Below, piece after piece: positions 1 through 9,423 of a DNA stretch of 32,000 bases. This stretch comes from Thermodesulfobacterium commune DSM 2178. Lineage in GTDB: Bacteria; Desulfobacterota; Thermodesulfobacteria; Thermodesulfobacteriales; Thermodesulfobacteriaceae. The stretch spans positions 990,001 through 1,022,000 of the forward strand of contig NZ_CP008796.1 of assembly GCF_000734015.1 (NCBI RefSeq), given 5' to 3'. The stretch's first letter is position 1. Each line of letters begins with the position of its first letter. The position numbers and the translations under genes are program-made. Below the pieces are notes generated by a model. The model searched no databases. It saw nothing but the letters and a program-made list of their open reading frames with translations, and was not told the DNA's origin.

Positions 1-1
1 T

Positions 2-997
2 TGGAAACCCTTTAAAGAGCTTACCTTTGAACAAGCGAAAACCTGGAAAACCTGTGGAGAGCCCTGTCCGGTGGCGTGTAAAAAAGTTTGGAAGGGTAAA
101 AAGGTAGACTACGAACCTTTTCAAGGGATTGGGCCTTTAATAGGGGTTTTTAACTTAGACTTAGCCTCAAAGATCGTAGACCTGATAGACCAGAAAGGGC
201 TTGATGCTATAGGAACAGGCCATGTGGTAATGTTTTTACTTGAAGCTGTACAAAAAGAACTTTTAACCTGCGAAGAGTTAGGAATTTCAGAGCCTCCCTG
301 TTTGGATCCCTTTAAACTAAATCCTAAGGCCTGGGAAGTTAATGGGAAATTAGCTATCGAGATTATAGAAGGATTAGTTAGTAAGAAAAACAAAATCTTA
401 TCGCTTATCGCAGAAAAAGGTCTAAGACAGGCGATTAACTACTTAGAAAATCTCTATGAAGACAGAATTACCTCTGTAGGTCTTTCTTTTAGGGATTTAG
501 CTCTTTATCAACCTTACGGAGAAGGTGGTTATATGACCCCTAATTTTTATTGGACCAAAGGATTTCTTATTCCTATTTTTGTAACAGGGAAGTACTGGAC
601 AGATTACTGTTTAGCCTTCACTTCTCCAGAAGAGTTTGCTAAACAGGTCTATCAAAGAGCTATCAAAGAACTTAGTCTTTCCAACGCAGCTTTTTGCCGT
701 TTCCACAGAGGTTGGGCCGAAAACCTCATTCCATCTCTTTACCAACAATTAGGAATATCTGAATATGAAGAAAAAATAAAAGAGGTTTACCGGAACATAG
801 GAATTTATAACCTTAAGGCTAAAGCCTTACCACAACCATTAGAAAGTGAAAAAGCCATAGACATCTTCTGTACCTTAGCAGAAGAGTTAAGCCTTTCTAA
901 ATGGTACACTAAGTTTACTAAAAATAAAAAAAGAGCGTACTTAGAATGGTTTGAAAGGTTTTATCTTACCTATCTTTCTTTAGTAGGCATTTCATAA
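2..997 (+). CDS. Aldehyde:ferredoxin oxidoreductase (tungsten AOR) family protein, C-terminal part; 5' end lies outside the window
   Basis: The reading frame is open from base 2 (WKPFKELTFEQAKTWKTCGEPCPVAC...), so the GTG at 71 is internal. A Cys cluster CGEPCPVAC is followed by YEPFQ..GPLIGV..L......DLIDQKGLDAIGTGHVVMFLLEA and a late AAFCRF Cys. This pattern matches AOR domains 2/3 as I remember them. The Cys spacing here is C-x3-C-x3-C rather than the classic C-x2-C-x3-C. Confidence 0.7.
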   Translation, partial: WKPFKELTFEQAKTWKTCGEPCPVACKKVWKGKKVDYEPFQGIGPLIGVFNLDLASKIVDLIDQKGLDAIGTGHVVMFLLEAVQKELLTCEELGISEPPCLDPFKLNPKAWEVNGKLAIEIIEGLVSKKNKILSLIAEKGLRQAINYLENLYEDRITSVGLSFRDLALYQPYGEGGYMTPNFYWTKGFLIPIFVTGKYWTDYCLAFTSPEEFAKQVYQRAIKELSLSNAAFCRFHRGWAENLIPSLYQQLGISEYEEKIKEVYRNIGIYNLKAKALPQPLESEKAIDIFCTLAEELSLSKWYTKFTKNKKRAYLEWFERFYLTYLSLVGIS

Positions 998-1043
998 AAA
1001 CGTCAAAAAAGCAAGAAATCAAAAGAATTTTATCAAAAAATTT

Positions 1044-1124
1044 TTGTCAAATTTAAATTATTTAATCTATTATAAAAAAAAATCTGAAAAACTAAAGTTG
1101 ACTTTTTTCGCAAAAAACTATAAT
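1044..1124 (+). promoter_or_regulatory. Candidate sigma70-type promoters upstream of the hydrogenase operon
   Basis: TTGTCA (1044-1049), an 18-nt spacer, then TATTAT (1068-1073). Also TTGACT (1098-1103), a spacer of only 15 nt, then TATAAT (1119-1124). The region is very AT-rich, so chance matches are likely. Confidence 0.25.
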
Positions 1125-1163
1125 CTTTTTTAATTAAAGATAATACAAAGAGGAGGTATGCGT

Positions 1164-2084
1164 ATGTTTAACCTCAAAGACCTTAGTAGAAGAGATTTTT
1201 TAAAGATATGTACCATAGTTACTGCTACGATGGGGCTTCCTGTTTCTATGGTAGAAAAAGTAGAAGCAGCCCTGAAAAAGGGTCCTAAACCTACGGTAGT
1301 ATGGTTGCACTTTATGGAGTGTACCGGATGTACCGAATCGCTTCTCAGGTCTTCACATCCACCTTTAGGAAGGTTTTTGCTTGAAATGGTTAACCTTGAG
1401 TATCATGAGACCTTGATGCCAGCTGCTGGTAAACAGGCAGAAGAGGTGCTTCATGAAACCATCAAAACCTACAAAGGAGAATACATCTGTGTGGTAGAAG
1501 GAGCTGTTTCAACCAAAGACGGTGGTATTTACTGTAAGGTTGGTGGAAGACCTGCAATAGAAATTTTAAAAGAAGTGGCAAAGGATGCTAAGCTGGTTAT
1601 CAACATGGGTACCTGTGCTGCCTTTGGAGGAGTACAAGCAGCTAAACCCAATCCTACAGGTGCGGTAGGTGTGCCTCAGGTTATCGGAAATGAAAAGGTA
1701 ATCAACATACCTGGTTGTCCTCCTAACCCATACAACTTTTTTGCTACCATCAGTTATATCCTTACCTTTGGTAAACTTCCTGAATTAGACAAACTTAGAA
1801 GACCAAAATTTGCTTATGGTAGGCTTATCCATGACCACTGTGAAAGAAGGCCTCACTTTGATGAAGGTCGTTTTGCTGAAGCCTTTGGTGACGAAGGGCA
1901 TAAACAGGGTTATTGTCTATACAAAGTAGGATGCAGAGGGCCTGTTACCTATGCTAACTGTGGTGTGATCAAATTCTGTGATGTGGGTGCCTGGCCAGTC
2001 GGTGCTGGTCATGGATGTATGGGATGTGTTGAACCAGACTTTTGGGATGAAATGTCCCCATTCTACAAACCTATTATGGAATAA
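1164..2084 (+). CDS. [NiFe] hydrogenase small subunit, Tat-exported (periplasmic uptake type)
   Basis: Twin-arginine signal SRRDFLK and the ECTGCTES proximal-cluster motif, with multiple C-terminal Cys/His cluster ligands (HDHCERRPHF, CLYKVGCRGP, GHGCMGC). There is no C-terminal membrane anchor. GGAGGT at 1152-1157 abuts the ORF-track ATG at 1158, so the ATG at 1164 (6-nt spacing) is the likelier start. Confidence 0.93.
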   Translation: MFNLKDLSRRDFLKICTIVTATMGLPVSMVEKVEAALKKGPKPTVVWLHFMECTGCTESLLRSSHPPLGRFLLEMVNLEYHETLMPAAGKQAEEVLHETIKTYKGEYICVVEGAVSTKDGGIYCKVGGRPAIEILKEVAKDAKLVINMGTCAAFGGVQAAKPNPTGAVGVPQVIGNEKVINIPGCPPNPYNFFATISYILTFGKLPELDKLRRPKFAYGRLIHDHCERRPHFDEGRFAEAFGDEGHKQGYCLYKVGCRGPVTYANCGVIKFCDVGAWPVGAGHGCMGCVEPDFWDEMSPFYKPIME

Positions 2085-2126
2085 TAAAACTTAAAATCTA
2101 AAAAAGATTACAAAGGAGGTTAACGT

Positions 2127-3824
2127 ATGGCTAAAAGGATTACCATAGACCCCATAACCAGGATAGAGGGACATTTAAGAATAGATGTAGAGGTAGATGG
2201 AGGCAAAGTAGTAAATGCTTGGTCTTCTGGACAGATGTGGAGAGGTATAGAGATCATCCTCAAAGGAAGAGACCCAAGGGACGCCTGGGCCTTTACTCAG
2301 AGGTTCTGTGGTGTATGTACTACTGTTCATGCTATGGCTTCGGTTAGAGCCGTAGAAAATGCCTTAGGAATGGAAATTCCTTTAAATGCCCAGTATGTAA
2401 GAAACATCATCCTTTGTGCCCATGCTTTGCATGACCACATGGTCCATTTTTACCATCTATCAGCCCTTGACTGGGTAGATATAGTATCTGCTTTAAAAGC
2501 AGACCCCAAAAAAACTGCTGAGCTTGCTCAGAGCATTTCTTCTTGGGAAGGAAACTCTGTTACTTATTTTAAAAAGGTAAAAGAGACCCTTCAAAAATTT
2601 GTAGAAAAGGGACAAATTGGACCTTTTACCAACGGATACTGGGGACATCCACAGATGAAACTTTCTCCTGAGGTAAACTTACTTGCTGTAGCTCATTACT
2701 TAACTGCCTTAGACTATCAGTTTGACGCTAACAAAGTGGTTGCTATCTTTGGAGGTAAAACCCCTCATATCCAAACGTTGGTAGTAGGTGGAGTAGCTTT
2801 AGCCATCAATCCTGACAACTTAGCTACCCTTAACGCTGAAAGGCTAGATTACGCCCGTGAATTACTCATGAAAGTAAAACATTTTATCCAAGAGGTTTAT
2901 CTTAACGACGTGATTGCTGTAGGATGTCTATACAAAGACTGGTTTAAGATCGGAAGAGGAGTAGATAACTACTTAGCGGTACCAGACCTTCCTCTTGACA
3001 CCAAAGGAACGGTATTTGACCTTCCTGGTGGAACCATCTTTAACGGAGACTTGTCTACTTATACCCCGATCAAAAGCTTTAACGATCCTTATTTTAGAGA
3101 CAACGTTACCGAAAGTGTGGCTCATTCCTGGTACAAAGATACTGGACCAAGACATCCCTGGCAGGGTGAAACTGTTCCTAATTATACTGACTTTAATCCT
3201 AACGGAAAATACAGCTGGTCTAAGGCTCCTCGTTTCAAAGGTGAACCTATGCAAGTTGGCCCATTGGCTCAAGTGTTGATGGGTATCGCTACCAAACATG
3301 AATTAACGATGAAGTGGGTAAACTATGCGTTAGAAAAAGCTAAAGCTTTAGGTGTTAACTTAACGGTGGATGACCTTCACTCCACGATGGGAAGGCATTT
3401 GGCAAGAGCCATCAGAGCAGCCATGCTTGCTGACCTTGCCCTCAAGCATTTAAACCTTCTTGAGAAAAACATCGCTAAAGGAGATTATGCTATCTGGAAT
3501 AAAGTTGAATTTCCTGCCAAAGAGATTAAGGGTGTTGGTTTTCATGAAGCCCCAAGAGGAACTCTTTCTCACTGGGTGGTTATAGAAAAAGGTAAAATCA
3601 AAAACTATCAAGCAGTTGTGCCATCTACCTGGAACATGAGCCCAAGATGTGAAAAAGGAAAACGTGGTCCTTATGAAGAAAGCTTGATCAACAACCCTGT
3701 GGTTGACCCTGAAAAACCACTTGAGGTGTTAAGGACTATCCACTCCTTTGACCCATGTATAGCCTGTGCTGTCCATCTATTAGATGCAAAAGGTAATGAA
3801 ATCAAAAGAGTAAAAGTACTCTAA
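2127..3824 (+). CDS. [NiFe] hydrogenase large subunit
   Basis: N-terminal RIEGH and RFCGVCTTVH motifs and C-terminal DPCIACAVH Ni-binding motif. A 15-aa tail (LLDAKGNEIKRVKVL) follows, as expected for endoprotease-processed large subunits. AGGAGGT lies 6 nt before the ATG. Confidence 0.96.
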   Translation: MAKRITIDPITRIEGHLRIDVEVDGGKVVNAWSSGQMWRGIEIILKGRDPRDAWAFTQRFCGVCTTVHAMASVRAVENALGMEIPLNAQYVRNIILCAHALHDHMVHFYHLSALDWVDIVSALKADPKKTAELAQSISSWEGNSVTYFKKVKETLQKFVEKGQIGPFTNGYWGHPQMKLSPEVNLLAVAHYLTALDYQFDANKVVAIFGGKTPHIQTLVVGGVALAINPDNLATLNAERLDYARELLMKVKHFIQEVYLNDVIAVGCLYKDWFKIGRGVDNYLAVPDLPLDTKGTVFDLPGGTIFNGDLSTYTPIKSFNDPYFRDNVTESVAHSWYKDTGPRHPWQGETVPNYTDFNPNGKYSWSKAPRFKGEPMQVGPLAQVLMGIATKHELTMKWVNYALEKAKALGVNLTVDDLHSTMGRHLARAIRAAMLADLALKHLNLLEKNIAKGDYAIWNKVEFPAKEIKGVGFHEAPRGTLSHWVVIEKGKIKNYQAVVPSTWNMSPRCEKGKRGPYEESLINNPVVDPEKPLEVLRTIHSFDPCIACAVHLLDAKGNEIKRVKVL

Positions 3825-3843
3825 GGTTTAAAACTTTACCCAT

Positions 3844-3877
3844 AAAAAAAGGGAGCTTTTTAAGGCTCCCTTTTTTT
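3844..3877. terminator. Bidirectional intrinsic terminator between the hydrogenase operon and convergent hypD
   Basis: A7 (3844-3850), stem GGGAGC (3851-3856), 8-nt loop, stem GCTCCC (3865-3870), T7 (3871-3877). The A-run/T-run symmetry lets it work on either strand. Confidence 0.8.
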
Positions 3878-3924
3878 ATTTCTTGGATTACAAAAAAGAC
3901 GAGTTTTTATAACACTTTTGAGTT

Positions 3925-5055
3925 TTAATTTAACTGTTTTCTGTATTTAAAATAGGCTAAACATGCCCCTTCAGAGGATACCATACAAGGACCTATAGGA
4001 TTTTGAGGAGTACAGGCTTTACCAAAAAGTTTACAGTCAGTAGGCTTGTTAAGCCCTTTTATAACCCTTCCACACAAGCACTGAGGATGTTCTTTAGAAG
4101 AAGGAAGAGATAGATTAAAAAACTTTTCTCCGTCTAAGGATTCATACTTAGGTGCTATGGCATAAGCGCTGTTTGGTATCTCACCTAAACCTCTCCAAGG
4201 GAAAGAATCCCTTATCACAAAAACCTCTTTTAAAAGTTCTTGAGCCTTTAAGTTGCCCTGTTTATCCACCGTACGGGTATACTGGATTTCTACCTCACAT
4301 CTTCCTTCCTTTTTCTGTTTTACTATAAGATAAACCGCCTGCAACAGGTCTAAAGGCTCAAAACCTGAGACTACGATCGGAGTTCCGTATCTTTGCACTA
4401 TCGGTTCATAGACTTTTGTCCCTGTGATGGTGCTTACATGACCTGGGCCTATAAAAGCCTCTATAAAAGGTTTTTCCTCACTTTTTAAGAGATAATCAAG
4501 GACTTCTATGGCTAAAATATGGTTTGAGACCACCCAAAGGTTTGCGATACCTAATTGATGGGCTTGTTTGATAAGAACTGCGGTATGAGGTGCGGTGGTT
4601 TCAAACCCTATGGCAAAAAACACTACTTTTTTATTAGGAAACTCCTGGGCTATTTTTATGGCTTCCAGACATGAAGGAAGGGGGCGCACTTCGTAGCCTT
4701 CAGCCCTTAAGGTTAAAAGACTAATCTTGTTAGAACCAGGAACTCTCATCAAGTCTCCATAGGTACAGAGGATAACATCAGGTAATTTGGCAAGTTCAAT
4801 GGCTAAATCTACCCTTTCTAAAGCAGTTACACATACCGGGCAACCTGGTCCATGTAAAAAATTGATATAACCTTTAAGGAGCTCATCTAAGCCGTTTTTC
4901 AAGATAACATGGGTATGCCCCCCGCAGAACTCCATAATGTTTACGGGGTTACCTAAACTCTCTACCTCTCTTTTAATGAGGTCCGCTAAAACTTTTACCC
5001 TTTGAGGGTCTTTAAAGCTATTCCACGTTTGGTTGAGTGAGCCTGAGTATTTCAT
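3925..5055 (-). CDS. hypD: Hydrogenase maturation protein HypD
   Basis: Motifs CGGHTH, GPGCPVC, GFETT and PGHVS, with a C-terminal Cys-rich region. Length is 376 aa. The start overlaps the hypC 3' end by 38 nt. Confidence 0.95.
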   Translation of the reverse strand: MKYSGSLNQTWNSFKDPQRVKVLADLIKREVESLGNPVNIMEFCGGHTHVILKNGLDELLKGYINFLHGPGCPVCVTALERVDLAIELAKLPDVILCTYGDLMRVPGSNKISLLTLRAEGYEVRPLPSCLEAIKIAQEFPNKKVVFFAIGFETTAPHTAVLIKQAHQLGIANLWVVSNHILAIEVLDYLLKSEEKPFIEAFIGPGHVSTITGTKVYEPIVQRYGTPIVVSGFEPLDLLQAVYLIVKQKKEGRCEVEIQYTRTVDKQGNLKAQELLKEVFVIRDSFPWRGLGEIPNSAYAIAPKYESLDGEKFFNLSLPSSKEHPQCLCGRVIKGLNKPTDCKLFGKACTPQNPIGPCMVSSEGACLAYFKYRKQLN

Positions 5056-5257
5056 CCCAGTACCTCAAACTTTCTTGAGCTTCTTCTTCACTAAGTTTTT
5101 TAATGGCAAAACCTACATGCACCAACACCCAATCCCCTTCTTTTACCTTTTCAGGAAGAAGATGAAGGGCTACCTCAGTTTTTACTCCTTGAACCTCAGC
5201 AACGGCTGTCCATTCGTCTTTTACTTCTACTATTTTATAAGGATAGGCCAAACACAT
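5018..5257 (-). CDS. hypC: Hydrogenase assembly chaperone HypC/HupF family
   Basis: A 79-aa protein starting MCLAYP (conserved N-terminal Cys2), with the typical small beta-barrel-type sequence. AGGAG lies 7 nt upstream of the ATG. Confidence 0.9.
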   Translation of the reverse strand: MCLAYPYKIVEVKDEWTAVAEVQGVKTEVALHLLPEKVKEGDWVLVHVGFAIKKLSEEEAQESLRYWDEILRLTQPNVE

Positions 5258-5260
5258 CTT

Positions 5261-5854
5261 TTAACTCCTTTTTTGATTTTTGTATACATACAAAATCCTT
5301 TGTATGGCAGTTAAATGTGTAAAAACTGAAATTACCACCAAAAACACCGTAATTAGATCAAAAATAAGGGCTATAATCAAAAAGGTGATCCTTTCAAACC
5401 TGGTAAACATTCCGATTTTACATTCAAACCCTACCCCTTCTGCCCTTGCTCGGGCATAGCTTACCATCAAAGACCCTGTAATCCCTAAAAAACTTAGAAG
5501 AGCCTGATAAGGCTGATTATACGCAATAAAATAATAACAAAGGCTCAAAAATATAAATATTTCTCCATAACGATCTAAAGTTGAGTCTAAAAAAGCCCCA
5601 AAAGGTGAGACTTTGTTGGTAAACCTGGCTAAAGCACCATCTAAGGCATCAAGAGGAGCAAAAAGAAGTAGCAGAATACCAGCTACCACAAACTCTCCAT
5701 AGGCTATAAAAAAGGAACTTAAAACAAACCCCAAAAAACAAAGGATGGTGATAGCATTGGGGTGGACGTTAAGACCAGAGAGTACTTTTACCAAAGGAAG
5801 CAATATTGGTTGAGCTAAATTTCTGGCAGTCTCGCTTAAGTTTATCTTTGACAT
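5261..5854 (-). CDS. CDP-alcohol phosphatidyltransferase family membrane protein
   Basis: Signature DALDGALAR(x8)GAFLDSTLDRYGE, i.e. D-G-x2-A-R-x8-G-x3-D-x3-D, in a multi-TM 197-aa protein. The substrate (glycerol-3-P, serine, inositol and so on) cannot be told from sequence alone. Confidence 0.85.
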   Translation of the reverse strand: MSKINLSETARNLAQPILLPLVKVLSGLNVHPNAITILCFLGFVLSSFFIAYGEFVVAGILLLLFAPLDALDGALARFTNKVSPFGAFLDSTLDRYGEIFIFLSLCYYFIAYNQPYQALLSFLGITGSLMVSYARARAEGVGFECKIGMFTRFERITFLIIALIFDLITVFLVVISVFTHLTAIQRILYVYKNQKRS

Positions 5855-5945
5855 GTTAAAACCTTGTTAACTTTTAGTTCTTATATTATTTCACATTCTC
5901 GTAAATCTTCAATAGCAAGAAAGTTGTACTACCATTACTTACATC

Positions 5946-6737
5946 TTATCCCAAAGTTTGTCTCTCCCTTATTCTATCAAGAAACTCTAAGGATAACTCT
6001 TTAAACGCAAGTGAAACCCTGTTTTGTCTATCATAATCAATAACAGGTTTTCCAAAACTCTGTGCTTCACTAACCTTTACACTTCTTGGGATGCGAGTCT
6101 TAAAAATAATCCATTTAAAATGTTTTTCTGCTTCCTCAGCTACTTCATGAGAAAGACGATTTCTTCCGTCATACATTGTTAAAACCAACCCAAAGAGCAT
6201 CAATTCAGGGTTTAAACTTTTTTTAATTCCCTTTATGGTTCTTACCAATAAAGATAGCCCTTCTAAGGCATAATATTCGCACTGAAGAGGAATAACTACT
6301 CCCTGAGAAGCTGTTAGGATGTTAACGGTTATCAAACCAAGAGAAGGGGGTGAATCGATAAAAATAAAATCGAAAAACTCTTTTATCGGTTGTTGCAAAT
6401 AAGTCCCTTTTTCAATAAGGTTTCTAAGCACATATTCTCTTTGAGGATAATCTACCAGCTCTATCTCAAGCCCTACAAGGTCTATCGAAGAAGGCAAAAG
6501 ATAGAGACCTGAAAACGGCTGTTTGATAAAAGGCTCTACTTTTTCTTCTATGATTGCCTGATAGATGCTTTGTTGTTTTTTGACCCTAACTCCTAAACCA
6601 CTTGAGGCGTTGGCCTGAGGGTCAAAATCTATCACTAAGACCTTAAAACCTTCCAAGGTTAGAGCCCGGGCAAGATTAACACATACCGTAGTTTTACCTA
6701 CTCCACCTTTTTGGTTGATAAAAGCTAATACCTTCAT
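5946..6737 (-). CDS. ParA/Soj-family ATPase (no adjacent ParB)
   Basis: Deviant Walker A NQKGGVGKTT, the DFDPQANAS motif and a 263-aa length are typical of ParA/Soj. Confidence 0.88.
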   Translation of the reverse strand: MKVLAFINQKGGVGKTTVCVNLARALTLEGFKVLVIDFDPQANASSGLGVRVKKQQSIYQAIIEEKVEPFIKQPFSGLYLLPSSIDLVGLEIELVDYPQREYVLRNLIEKGTYLQQPIKEFFDFIFIDSPPSLGLITVNILTASQGVVIPLQCEYYALEGLSLLVRTIKGIKKSLNPELMLFGLVLTMYDGRNRLSHEVAEEAEKHFKWIIFKTRIPRSVKVSEAQSFGKPVIDYDRQNRVSLAFKELSLEFLDRIRERQTLG

Positions 6738-7613
6738 CTATCCTTTTAACCCAAAAGTATAGTACAACTCGTTTAGTAAAACCACTAACAAAAAAACAAA
6801 ACTGATAAAACCATTTACCGTAAAAAAAGCCTTGTTTATCTTGGAAAGATCCTTTTCGGTTATCAAGCGATGCTCATAGACTAAAAAAAGGGTGATCAAA
6901 AAGAGGCCCAGATAATAAATCCAGGTAGTCTTAGGATAAACTAACCCTACTAAAACTAACGAAAAGAAGGTAATACCATGAAGAAGTCTGGCTATTTTAA
7001 GAGCCTTGGCTATCCCAAATCTAACAGGAATAGACTTAAGCCCTACATTTTTATCAAACTCATAATCCTGCAGGCTATAAAGCACATCAAAACCAGAAAC
7101 CCAGGACCCCATAGCCAAACCTAACAAAAAGGCAATCAAACTGACCCTTTCGTTTAAGGCTATATCTACGGCTATTGGAATAAGAAAGTAAACCACCCCA
7201 AGGACTAAATGAGGAAAATAGGTTATCCTTTTAGCATAAGGGTAAAACCATAAGAAAAAAATCACAACTGGGCTTAAGGCTAAAGCTAACAGGTTAATAG
7301 CATAACAACTTCCTATAAAAACCAAGCCGCTAATAAAAATAAGGAGTTTTATTTCCCAATCTTTTACCAAGCCGCTTGCATGAGGCCAGATCTTGGTTCT
7401 CGGATTTTTTTCATCAAAGGGTTTATCAACTAACCTGTTTAAAGCCATCCCTAAGGTTCTGGCTGAGATCATAGCTATCAAAATAGCGATGACTTTTTTC
7501 CAAGAAAGAACTTCTTGATAGAGTAAAAATATACTTGCCAGACCAAAGGGGAGGGCAAAAACCGTGTGTTCAAACTTTAAAAGCTCTGAATAAAGTTTAA
7601 CCTTGGATATCAA
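6738..7613 (-). CDS. UbiA-family aromatic prenyltransferase (4-hydroxybenzoate polyprenyltransferase-like; possibly quinone biosynthesis)
   Basis: A polytopic membrane protein with the NRLVDKPFDEKNPRT motif (NxxxDxxxD) and a second Asp-rich region (YSLQDYEFDKNVG). The start is TTG, supported by GGAGG 6 nt upstream. Its stop codon directly abuts the parA start. Confidence 0.82.
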   Translation of the reverse strand: MISKVKLYSELLKFEHTVFALPFGLASIFLLYQEVLSWKKVIAILIAMISARTLGMALNRLVDKPFDEKNPRTKIWPHASGLVKDWEIKLLIFISGLVFIGSCYAINLLALALSPVVIFFLWFYPYAKRITYFPHLVLGVVYFLIPIAVDIALNERVSLIAFLLGLAMGSWVSGFDVLYSLQDYEFDKNVGLKSIPVRFGIAKALKIARLLHGITFFSLVLVGLVYPKTTWIYYLGLFLITLFLVYEHRLITEKDLSKINKAFFTVNGFISFVFLLVVLLNELYYTFGLKG

Positions 7614-7633
7614 TTTTTCCCTCCTAAAAATTA

Positions 7634-8515
7634 TTAAGCTATGTTTTGAACCTGTTCCCTTAATTTTTCTATCAAATCTTTTATCCTTACCGCCACCAAA
7701 GAAATGGCAGAAGACTGTGCTTTATTAGACAAAGTATTAATCTCTCTAAACATTTCCTGACATAAAAAGTCAAGCTTTTTCCCTGGGAAATCTTCTTCTA
7801 ATGTCTCTTCAAAATGTTTAAGATGAACCTTTAGTCTGTTTAGTTCTTCGGTAAAATCTATCTTATCAAGAAGATATACCAGTTCCTGATAAAATCTATT
7901 TTCGTCTAAATCTCTAACTCCTATCTCTTCTGCGAATTTCTGAAGCCTAAGTCTTAATTTTTCGGTGTTCTCTTGGATTACCTGAGGTTTTAAGGTTTCT
8001 ATTTCAGTTATCTGTTTCTTTAAGTCTTCTAAGTGTTTTTTTAATACCTCTTTTAAGTACATCCCCTCTTTTAGTCTTGAGGCTTTAAGTTGTTCTAAAG
8101 CCTCCTTTAAAGGTGGATAAACCTCTTCCCAAAGTTTATCAACCTCCTCTTCTTTATCTTCTAACATAAGATATTCTCTAAATCTCAAAAAATCGGAAAA
8201 AGTTAATACTTCTTCAAAATCTAAGGTTTCTTTTAATGTTTCCAAGGCCTGTTTAAGGTTTAAAGCTGTCTGAAGGTCTAAAAAGACCTCTCTCCCCTCA
8301 GCAGGAATTCCTGTATGCTTTATCACAACTTCTACTTTTCCACGAGAAACGTGCTCTATTATCAGCTTTCTTATCTTTTCTTCTAAAAAGGTATACCTTT
8401 TAGGTAATTTTAAAGAAAGGTCTAAATATTTCGAATTTACACTTTTTATGTACACCGTAACCTTAAAACTATCTATCTGAAAACTGGCCTTACCAAAACC
8501 TGTCATGCTTTCCAT
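7634..8515 (-). CDS. yicC: YicC-family protein
   Basis: MESMTGFGKA is the canonical YicC N-terminus, and the C-terminal EMFREINTLSNKA motif is present. I moved the start from 8572 (ORF track) to the Met at 8515. The longer form would overlap 70 nt of miaA and adds a non-conserved extension. Confidence 0.85.
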   Translation of the reverse strand: MESMTGFGKASFQIDSFKVTVYIKSVNSKYLDLSLKLPKRYTFLEEKIRKLIIEHVSRGKVEVVIKHTGIPAEGREVFLDLQTALNLKQALETLKETLDFEEVLTFSDFLRFREYLMLEDKEEEVDKLWEEVYPPLKEALEQLKASRLKEGMYLKEVLKKHLEDLKKQITEIETLKPQVIQENTEKLRLRLQKFAEEIGVRDLDENRFYQELVYLLDKIDFTEELNRLKVHLKHFEETLEEDFPGKKLDFLCQEMFREINTLSNKAQSSAISLVAVRIKDLIEKLREQVQNIA

Positions 8516-9423
8516 GATAACCTCTCTTTTACCCAGTTTAAGATTTTTTCTTTCTCTTCGGGCGAAAACCAAACTACATCCGGTTCTTTTTTAAACCAGG
8601 TAATCTGTCTTTTGGCATAACGTCTTGTATCTCTTTGAATAAGGGTTATTGCTTCATCTAAGTTAATCTCTCCCTCTAAATATTTTATCAAGTATCCATA
8701 ACCTATCGCTCTAAACACCTTCAAGTAAGGACCAAAACCTCTTTCCAAAAGCCTTTTAACCTCCTCTATCCACCCTGCCTCAATCATCTTGAGAACTCGT
8801 TGATTTATCCGTTGATAAAGCTCTTTTCTGGGTAAAAGCAAACCTATTTTGAGAAAATTATACCGCTTTTTATGAAAAAAAGGATTTTCCTTATGAAAAG
8901 AGGAAAAAGGCTTTCCGGTGGCATAAAAGACCTCCATAGCCCTGGTAATCCTCACTTTATCTCTACGCGAAATTTTGTGGGCATATTCAGGGTCAACCTT
9001 CTTAAGCTCTTCGTATAATTCCTCTAAATTTTGTTCTGCCTTTTTTTGGACTTCTTTTCTGATGTCCTCAGGTATCTCTACCGAAAAAAGGCCATATTCT
9101 AACGCCCTAAGATAAAGTCCTGTACCACCAACTAAGATAGGAAGTTTTCGCCTGGTCAGTATCTCGGCTATAACTTTATCAGCTAAGTCTACAAACCTTG
9201 CGGCGTTAAACTCTTCTTCTAAGTCTAAAACATCATAAAGATGATGAGGGACCTCTTTTTTTTCTTCCTCCGTGGGTTTAGCTGTACCTATATTTAATTC
9301 TTTGTAAAACTGTACAGAATCAAAGTTTATGATTTCTCCGTCTAAATGTTTGGCTAAAAATAATCCTACCTCAGACTTCCCTACTCCAGTGGGTCCTAAG
9401 ACCACCAATCCCTGTATCTTCAT
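8503..9423 (-). CDS. miaA: tRNA dimethylallyltransferase MiaA
   Basis: P-loop GPTGVGKS, the FDSVQFYKELNIGTAKP motif and QITWFK near the C-terminus. Its ATG overlaps the mutL TGA (ATGA). Confidence 0.93.
   Translation of the reverse strand: MKIQGLVVLGPTGVGKSEVGLFLAKHLDGEIINFDSVQFYKELNIGTAKPTEEEKKEVPHHLYDVLDLEEEFNAARFVDLADKVIAEILTRRKLPILVGGTGLYLRALEYGLFSVEIPEDIRKEVQKKAEQNLEELYEELKKVDPEYAHKISRRDKVRITRAMEVFYATGKPFSSFHKENPFFHKKRYNFLKIGLLLPRKELYQRINQRVLKMIEAGWIEEVKRLLERGFGPYLKVFRAIGYGYLIKYLEGEINLDEAITLIQRDTRRYAKRQITWFKKEPDVVWFSPEEKEKILNWVKERLSWKA

Noticed and set aside
121-393. 90-aa minus-strand ORF inside the AOR gene
   Set aside because: It is an antisense shadow of a well-supported CDS. The composition is low-complexity and there is no RBS.
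2973-3299. 108-aa minus-strand ORF and 94-aa plus-strand out-of-frame ORF (2995..3279) inside the hydrogenase large subunit gene
   Set aside because: Both are fully embedded in a CDS with unmistakable [NiFe] large-subunit motifs. No independent signals are present.
3750-3790. Possibility of a selenocysteine-containing [NiFeSe] hydrogenase
   Set aside because: The C-terminal Ni-binding motif is DPCIACAVH with ordinary Cys codons and no in-frame TGA, so it is a [NiFe] enzyme.
5033-5314. 93-aa plus-strand ORF across hypC
   Set aside because: It is antisense to hypC/hypD, with a Phe/Tyr-rich nonsense composition.
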